IMG/VR virus record: IMGVR_UViG_3300033417_000029
Location: 1 to 39,625 of that record
From: a virus
Taxonomy: Duplodnaviria; Caudoviricetes
Length of the DNA stretch: 39,625 nt
Direction: 5' to 3' (one strand)
Shown: positions 35,073 to 39,625 of the stretch, piece after piece
Layout of the letters: each line of letters begins with the position of its first letter
Position numbering within the stretch: the stretch's first letter is position 1
Notes under the pieces: model-generated
What the model saw: the letters and a program-made list of their open reading frames with translations, nothing else
What the model was told of the DNA's origin: nothing
The model's database searches: none
Position numbers and translations under genes: made by a program

Positions 35073-35630
35073 TTAATCCCTGACACAGCGAACCGAAAAG
35101 CCGTGCTGCTTATAGTCGTCGTAGCGTCTGGCTCCTGAAGTATCGTAACCCAAGGCGTGGTACCACGCGTAGCCACGATCGTACTCCGTAGAAGACCAAA
35201 AGTGGGCGTTGGTACCGATGCTGTCGAACCTACCATTGTCGTTGCGGTAACCACCAGGCAACGCAGAAAAGCCGCTTTCGTTGGTGGCGCCGGTGTTTGG
35301 GCTATTCCAATGTACTGTTTCTTTCAGCTTGCCGCTGGCAACATTATCGCCACCAAGGTAATCAATCAATGTTTGCCACTCGGCATTACTGGGTATATGC
35401 CAGCCTTCTGGCGCCAGACCACGTGGGTCGGTTACAGCAAACCAGTTGTAAAGATACCCGTAAGTCCCGGCGCTGGTTAGATCATTCCCATAACTGCAGT
35501 AGGCGCCGCTGCTTAGATTCGCCCAGGCATTTTCGCCGGTAACACCGGCTATAGCATCGCCATTGCGATATCGCGTCACCTTCAGATTCTCAGCCATCCA
35601 CCATTGCTTACCAATTTTTATTTTGTTCAT
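35073..35630 (-). CDS. Stand-alone Fibrobacter succinogenes major paralogous domain (FISUMP, CLec fold) protein
   Basis: IG.Q.WMAENL, YGYLYNW.AV, LAPEGWHIPS..EW, GFSALPGG.R, FWSST and GFSVRCVRD motifs. Confidence 0.93.
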   Translation of the reverse strand: MNKIKIGKQWWMAENLKVTRYRNGDAIAGVTGENAWANLSSGAYCSYGNDLTSAGTYGYLYNWFAVTDPRGLAPEGWHIPSNAEWQTLIDYLGGDNVASGKLKETVHWNSPNTGATNESGFSALPGGYRNDNGRFDSIGTNAHFWSSTEYDRGYAWYHALGYDTSGARRYDDYKQHGFSVRCVRD

Positions 35631-35691
35631 GTTTTTCTCCTTGCCCCTTTCGGGGCAGTAAAGTTAGCCCGGCAACACTCTGTCGCCGGGC
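35631..35691 (-). repeat. Cassette hairpin copy 2 plus GAAA-tetraloop/RBS leader
   Basis: GCCCGGCGACA-GAG-TGTTGCCGGGC-TAACTTTACT-GCCCC-GAAA-GGGGC-AAGGAGAAAAAC-ATG. Confidence 0.92.
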
Positions 35692-35694
35692 GAA

Positions 35695-36387
35695 TCAGTC
35701 GTGCGCGGATAGGGAGGAAGCAAGAATTTTTGCATAGGGATGTTTAATCGCATCCAGGTTCTTTTGTGCAAAGTGATCGTTCCACAAATCTTCTGCTGGA
35801 ATATTCAGCAGGTTTATTGCTGCTTGATATTCAGCAATTGGGACGATTTTCGCGAAATCGTCCCATAGGTTTTCTGTGTTTGCAGGATATACAATCCTGG
35901 AGTGGATTTGTTTATCGGTACGCAATGCTTTATACAAGAAAAAAAGCATTGCGTTAATATTAAGCAGTGGTAATGGAATGTTTATTTGTTGATTTTGGCC
36001 ATTTTTTATAATGGCCAAATCATAGTATAGCTCACTATCCTGGAACTCGAGATTTTCAAATCTATCTGTTTCGACAAAAAACCTTGTATCTGCCGGAGGA
36101 CTTGATAAAATCGCCGCGAAGGCGACATTGGCGAGTTCAAAATCTCCAGCATTTTTTGCTTTGTTTGCTAAAAGAAGCAGCGGTTGGAGGTGTACACCTC
36201 TACCAAATTCTGGCATTTTGCCAAAATTGACCTCAAATGTAACTTCAGGCCAATTTTGGATCAAATTTGTGATCCATTCTTCAGCATATTTGAAGCTGAA
36301 TAAATGGATCACCGGAGTACTAATTTTTTCGAAATTAACAGCAATGTCGCCATCGCTGTCTTTGTAAATATAAATTTTTGTTTTCAT
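35695..36387 (-). CDS. Hypothetical protein (cassette cargo)
   Basis: 230 aa, AT-rich, bounded by near-identical leaders. Confidence 0.8.
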   Translation of the reverse strand: MKTKIYIYKDSDGDIAVNFEKISTPVIHLFSFKYAEEWITNLIQNWPEVTFEVNFGKMPEFGRGVHLQPLLLLANKAKNAGDFELANVAFAAILSSPPADTRFFVETDRFENLEFQDSELYYDLAIIKNGQNQQINIPLPLLNINAMLFFLYKALRTDKQIHSRIVYPANTENLWDDFAKIVPIAEYQAAINLLNIPAEDLWNDHFAQKNLDAIKHPYAKILASSLSAHD

Positions 36388-36449
36388 GTTTTTCTCCTTT
36401 GCCCCTTTCGGGGCGGTAAGGTTAGCCCGGCAACACTCTGTCGCCGGGC
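36388..36449 (-). repeat. Cassette hairpin copy 3 plus leader
   Basis: Near-identical to 35631-35691. Confidence 0.92.
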
Positions 36450-36459
36450 TGGTGGGAGT

Positions 36460-36711
36460 TTAATAAAATTGCTGCCTTGTTACAGTGTCTAGTGCGTATT
36501 CTTCTGCTTCAGCGCAGAGCGTACGCCCTGCGCGCAAGCAGGCTATTTTGTAAGCCTGCTGAGCAACTCGTCTGGCGCGATCCTGCTGGCTTAGCCAGTT
36601 CCAGTTATCAGGATCAGAATCAGACGGCAGGTTTAAATTTGCTTCTGATTGTGCGCGTTTCAGTGCGGGCTCAAGTGCCCGCTCAATTGCTAATTTTTCA
36701 TGTAATTTCAT
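36460..36711 (-). CDS. Hypothetical protein (cassette cargo)
   Basis: 83 aa, between hairpin copies 4 and 3. Confidence 0.7.
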   Translation of the reverse strand: MKLHEKLAIERALEPALKRAQSEANLNLPSDSDPDNWNWLSQQDRARRVAQQAYKIACLRAGRTLCAEAEEYALDTVTRQQFY

Positions 36712-36739
36712 GTAATTTCTTTTCTCTTTGGTTAGATTA

Positions 36740-36763
36740 GCCCGGCGGCAAGTGTCGCCGGGC
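36740..36763 (-). repeat. Cassette hairpin copy 4
   Basis: GCCCGGCGACACTTGCCGCCGGGC then TAATCTAAC. Confidence 0.88.
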
Positions 36764-36771
36764 TGGCCGAC

Positions 36772-37134
36772 CTATAGGTATACTTCTATCATATCCGCTA
36801 ACTGCTCAAATGTATATTTATAAGAATCATTTGCTTTTACTACATTAGAATTTTTTCCTGGAAAAGTTCCTACAGAGTCTATACCTGACCATTTTTGTAC
36901 TTCTTCTGGAAGAGTTCCCATAATGCGTTTGCAAGATCTAGTGGTCGAAATAGTATCACCGGAAGCGATGCTTCCGCAGTCCCATTTTAATTCGCCTATT
37001 TTATTTTTTATCGCTATGTCACATAGAACACCTAAAGGGCAAAATCCTTTGTCTGCCTTGAGACGACCATATGCTTGTACATATTCGCCTGATCTTAGAG
37101 CATCAAGCCATAGTTTTTTCACTTCACTGTTCAT
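36772..37134 (-). CDS. Conserved small phage protein
   Basis: W..ALRSG.Y.Q..G.L...FC.LGVLC...ND...TF..LAD.IE pattern; AAGGA RBS before the ATG at 37134. Confidence 0.8.
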   Translation of the reverse strand: MNSEVKKLWLDALRSGEYVQAYGRLKADKGFCPLGVLCDIAIKNKIGELKWDCGSIASGDTISTTRSCKRIMGTLPEEVQKWSGIDSVGTFPGKNSNVVKANDSYKYTFEQLADMIEVYL

Positions 37135-37309
37135 TTGTATTTCCTTTCTCGTAAAAGAAAGGACTATACGGACCGGGATGCAATTCGACTCGGATGCATT
37201 TCCCGAGTTCAAATTTTGCCGATACAACTGGCTTTGTGATCCCGTGTTTGTTTTTGAATGCGGCCACAAGTGTCCATTCTTTTGTTGTCATTTCTTCGAC
37301 TTTGGTCAT
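37124..37309 (-). CDS. Small protein, paralogue B
   Basis: GAGGTG RBS; MTKVEEMTTKEWTLVAAFKNKHGITKPV. Confidence 0.7.
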   Translation of the reverse strand: MTKVEEMTTKEWTLVAAFKNKHGITKPVVSAKFELGKCIRVELHPGPYSPFFYEKGNTNEQ

Positions 37310-37369
37310 TGTTTCACCTCGTGTTAGGCATTTGTTCACCGATACGACCGGCTTTGTGATCCCGTGTTA

Positions 37370-37395
37370 GCCCGGGCAGCACCTTGCCGCCGGGC
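37370..37395 (-). repeat. Cassette hairpin copy 5
   Basis: GCCCGGCGGCA-AGG-TGCTGCCCGGGC then TAAC. Confidence 0.88.
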
Positions 37396-37407
37396 CTGGG
37401 GATGGGA

Positions 37408-37584
37408 TTAACTGTTAAATGTAAATGGATTTGGTAGAACCAAAACTTCCGCTACCTGGAAACGCCATTCCTGGGCGTTCCAGATAAAATTTGCCGCGCC
37501 AACGGGATTTGTAATCTCATGCTCGAGTTTGAACTTGTTAACCAATTCAAATTCATCCTTTGTCATTTCTGCAATATTTTTCAT
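37408..37584 (-). CDS. 58-aa protein, paralogue A (absent from the ORF track)
   Basis: GAGGTG RBS; MKNIAEMTKDEFELVNKFKLEHEITNPV..., aligns with 37124-37309. Confidence 0.72.
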   Translation of the reverse strand: MKNIAEMTKDEFELVNKFKLEHEITNPVGAANFIWNAQEWRFQVAEVLVLPNPFTFNS

Positions 37585-37633
37585 TTTTCACCTCGTATTT
37601 TAAAGTTAGGCTCCTTATCGTTTCGACAAGCAC

Positions 37634-37662
37634 AAGATACACATTGTCAAGTGTTTTTGCAA
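37634..37662 (-). promoter_or_regulatory. Leftward array promoter
   Basis: TTGCAA-N17-TATCTT with a TGTG extension. Confidence 0.65.
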
Positions 37663-37774
37663 TTCTTTTTTGCGATTTTTATTTTAAAAGTTTTTTTGAT
37701 AGCATAAAGCATTATAAAACAACGATTTAAGACTTATAGTTGAAATAAAGTTGAAAAAAGAATTGAAAAAACAC

Positions 37775-37803
37775 TTGACAATAAAGATAACAATGTGTAT
37801 CTT
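37775..37803 (+). promoter_or_regulatory. Rightward array promoter, near consensus
   Basis: A-tract UP element, TTGACA-N17-TATCTT with a TGTG extension. Confidence 0.85.
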
Positions 37804-37825
37804 GTGCTTGTCAAAACGAAAATAA

Positions 37826-37864
37826 GCTAACAATAACTGCCCTGAAAGGGGCAAGGAGAAAACA
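37826..37864 (+). repeat. Cassette leader without the large hairpin
   Basis: GCTAACAATAACT-GCCCT-GAAA-GGGGC-AAGGAGAAAACA-ATG. Confidence 0.8.
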
Positions 37865-38227
37865 ATGAAAAATTTACAACAGCGTGCGCTCGAGGCTGCG
37901 CTCGAGAAATACGAGTTGGCCGGGCTGAATAAGAGAGATACGTGGATCGAGAGCCACGGAAGCCGCAGGTTGCAAATAGCCGCGGCAAACCTGCGGCTGG
38001 ACTACGAAGCAGAGCGAGCAGCCTCGGAGCTGCCTGATTTTTTCTTTGATTGGGATGGCTCGATCGAGCTCAGGCCCGGTTTCGAGCCATCCCTGAAGAA
38101 CAAAGAGCTGTTGGATTTGTACAGCTCCTTTAATCCGGAGCTGTACAGAGACAGCTCCGGAAACTATATTATCAGAGTTGTTCCAGGTTGGCTCAGATCG
38201 GGAACAACGTTGTTGATGTACGCTTAA
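37865..38227 (+). CDS. Hypothetical protein (cassette cargo)
   Basis: Strong RBS; 120 aa. Confidence 0.8.
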   Translation: MKNLQQRALEAALEKYELAGLNKRDTWIESHGSRRLQIAAANLRLDYEAERAASELPDFFFDWDGSIELRPGFEPSLKNKELLDLYSSFNPELYRDSSGNYIIRVVPGWLRSGTTLLMYA

Positions 38228-38240
38228 ACAATTTTCAGCA

Positions 38241-38289
38241 GGCCCGGCGACAGAGTGCTGCCGGGCCAACCTTTACAAGGAGAAAAGTA
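38241..38289 (+). repeat. Cassette hairpin copy 6 plus RBS
   Basis: GGCCCGGCGACA-GAG-TGCTGCCGGGCC-AACCTTTAC-AAGGAGAAAAGTA-ATG. Confidence 0.9.
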
Positions 38290-38577
38290 ATGAAAAAATC
38301 AATCACAGCAGCTGTCTTGGCTAAAATTCGTGGTACAATTTTACACCACGAAAAATTCTCAAAATCTTATTTTTGGCGCCCCCCACTGTCTGCAGCAGAA
38401 CGACGCAGGATGGAAGACAAAAATTCATTTCAAGTTGAATTTCAACTGGACGGTGATTCGTACATATACGACTCAAGCGTTAGATGTTCGTGCAGGCGTG
38501 TCCGTTACACAGGGAGTTTCAGAAAAAACTCTGTCCCTGGAACGGTTCGGCTATTCAAAAGTTTACTGGAAAATTAG
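38290..38577 (+). CDS. Hypothetical protein (cassette cargo)
   Basis: AAGGAG RBS; MKKSITAAV...SYFWRPP.SA..RR. Confidence 0.75.
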   Translation: MKKSITAAVLAKIRGTILHHEKFSKSYFWRPPLSAAERRRMEDKNSFQVEFQLDGDSYIYDSSVRCSCRRVRYTGSFRKNSVPGTVRLFKSLLEN

Positions 38578-38585
38578 CTTACTCA

Positions 38586-38620
38586 GGCCCGGACAACAAG
38601 GATGTTGCCGGGCCTTTTTT
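38586..38620 (+). terminator. Cassette hairpin copy 7 acting as a terminator
   Basis: GGCCCGG(A)CAACA-AGGA-TGTTGCCGGGCC followed by T6. Confidence 0.8.
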
Positions 38621-38691
38621 ATTCCCACCCCTATTTATCTACCCAAAAAAATCTCATTGTTTAATACTTCAAAAAATAGTATTTTAGGGGC

Positions 38692-38877
38692 ATGTCTAAG
38701 CCTAAAAATACATACATTGAGACGAATGAAGTAAACCAAGATGGTGCCGCCTTACCTAGGCTCGTGCACACCGATGCTCTTATTTACCATGCCCTTCAGG
38801 ATACGATTGAAAAAATAGAAGTAGTACAGGAAATGTTTAACATTCATCATCATATTGCCTGTAACCCGCATGGATAA
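38692..38877 (+). CDS. Hypothetical protein
   Basis: 61-aa ORF with an AGGGG RBS-like sequence. Confidence 0.4.
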   Translation: MSKPKNTYIETNEVNQDGAALPRLVHTDALIYHALQDTIEKIEVVQEMFNIHHHIACNPHG

Positions 38878-39058
38878 CGCAGTCGTAAATTACGCAAACG
38901 CTATTATTTTACATCTTTCTCAACTACAACAAGACATAGCTGCTATAAGAGTTATCACCTTCCGCACTCTACAACTCCTACAAGCCAAACAAGTACGCGC
39001 TTCCCAAATCCGCGCAATCGCGGAGCGCTGGGGCGTCACACTCCAAAGAGAAAAATAG
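38870..39058 (+). CDS. Hypothetical protein
   Basis: Overlaps the previous ORF; helical composition. Confidence 0.45.
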   Translation: MDNAVVNYANAIILHLSQLQQDIAAIRVITFRTLQLLQAKQVRASQIRAIAERWGVTLQREK

Positions 39059-39107
39059 TTGCATTTCTTGCTGTTAGCACCTATGTTAGTGTAAATAAAG
39101 TTTACAC
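39059..39107 (+). promoter_or_regulatory. Putative terS promoter and dyad
   Basis: TTGCAT-N17-TATGTT, then GTGTAAA-N5-TTTACAC just before the ATG at 39112. Confidence 0.4.
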
Positions 39108-39111
39108 CTAT

Positions 39112-39625
39112 ATGGCTAAGGTACACGTGGCAAGCGCAGACGAGATTAGGCAGAAGGCAATAGCGGACGCGGAAAACCAGGCAGTGCAGATTTATATCGC
39201 TGCCGTCGGCGCACCACATCCCCATCGCCTTACCCACCCAAGCACAAAATTTACGGTAAACAAACGCAAAGAGTTTTTACAGCACTACGCTAAAACTCTC
39301 AGTATTCCTAAATCCGCCGCCGCGGTTGGGGTTGCCTTTTCCGCTGCGTACGCTCTAAAAAAGCGCGATCCACAGTTTCGCGCTGCGATCGAATCGGTAG
39401 AAATGATTTATCTTGAAGAGATGAAATCGGTCGGTTGCAAGCTAGCTGTTAGTCCCACGCGTGAGGGCTTTAACGACCGAAAATTCTTTCTTGAGCGCCA
39501 TCCGCTAACAAGGAAGGACTACGGGCAGCGCCTTGACGTCGAAGCCAATATAAAACAAGAGCTGGGGGTCAGCGACAGCTTGGCCCGGCTGCTGGATACG
39601 TTAAGCAAATTCCAGAGCAGCAGCG
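39112..39625 (+). CDS. terS: Terminase small subunit, N-terminal part (continues at 204-247; missed by the ORF track)
   Basis: MAKVHV...KFTVNKRKEFLQHYAKTLSIPKSAAAVGVAFSAAYALKKRDPQFRAA (HTH) ...FFLER...DYG; upstream of terL on the circle. Confidence 0.75.
   Translation, partial: MAKVHVASADEIRQKAIADAENQAVQIYIAAVGAPHPHRLTHPSTKFTVNKRKEFLQHYAKTLSIPKSAAAVGVAFSAAYALKKRDPQFRAAIESVEMIYLEEMKSVGCKLAVSPTREGFNDRKFFLERHPLTRKDYGQRLDVEANIKQELGVSDSLARLLDTLSKFQSSS
39423..39625. repeat. Terminal direct repeat, right copy
   Basis: Matches 1-203 with two mismatches. Confidence 0.95.

Noticed and set aside
35695-36387. Degenerate ABC-ATPase-like motifs (MPE...HLQ, FFVETD)
   Set aside because: The similarity is too weak and there is no Walker A; it cannot be supported without a profile search.
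35039-38620. Hairpin repeats as integron attC sites
   Set aside because: attC needs RYYYAAC before and GTTRRRY after a longer imperfect palindrome. Here YAAC follows a ~25-nt hairpin in gene direction, and no IntI is present.
35039-38620. Hairpin repeats as a CRISPR array
   Set aside because: Spacing is hundreds of bp with whole genes between copies, and there are no cas genes.
1-39625. Complete DGR (RT, TR, Avd)
   Set aside because: No ORF with RT motifs and no second copy of either variable region was found by eye.
1-39625. Stop-codon reassignment
   Set aside because: Core genes are full length and tightly packed in the standard bacterial code.
1-39625. tRNA or rRNA genes
   Set aside because: No cloverleaf with a T-loop consensus and no rRNA-like sequence was noticed.

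Overview
The window appears to be a complete, circularly assembled dsDNA tailed-phage genome. The unit length is about 39,422 bp: bases 1-203 recur at 39423-39625 with two synonymous differences. The + strand 0.5-22.6 kb carries a podovirus-like morphogenesis block: TerL, portal, scaffold, major capsid, cement, adaptors, nozzle, ejection proteins, fibre/spike-like proteins and holin-like genes. TerS spans the junction. A - strand block at 22.7-30.1 kb encodes recombination functions (VRR-NUC, RecT, PD-(D/E)XK exonuclease, NinB-like). A + strand block at 30.4-35.0 kb encodes an RHH regulator, a YkgJ protein, a HicB-like protein, an O-like initiator with iterons, and DnaB. I recognise no integrase, CI-type repressor, reverse transcriptase or endolysin. 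The most unusual feature is 35.0-38.6 kb, a bidirectional array of small genes driven by a duplicated, inverted promoter pair. Nearly every gene boundary there carries a conserved ~25-nt GC-rich hairpin (7 copies), usually followed by YAAC and a stereotyped RBS leader. Also notable: two DGR-type variable regions with no TR or RT, five virion-module proteins with Sec-like signal peptides, a C4/CI-like structured leader RNA, three -1 frame junctions at A-runs, and several short dispersed duplications of coding sequence. All protein family calls come from motif recognition by eye, not database searches.
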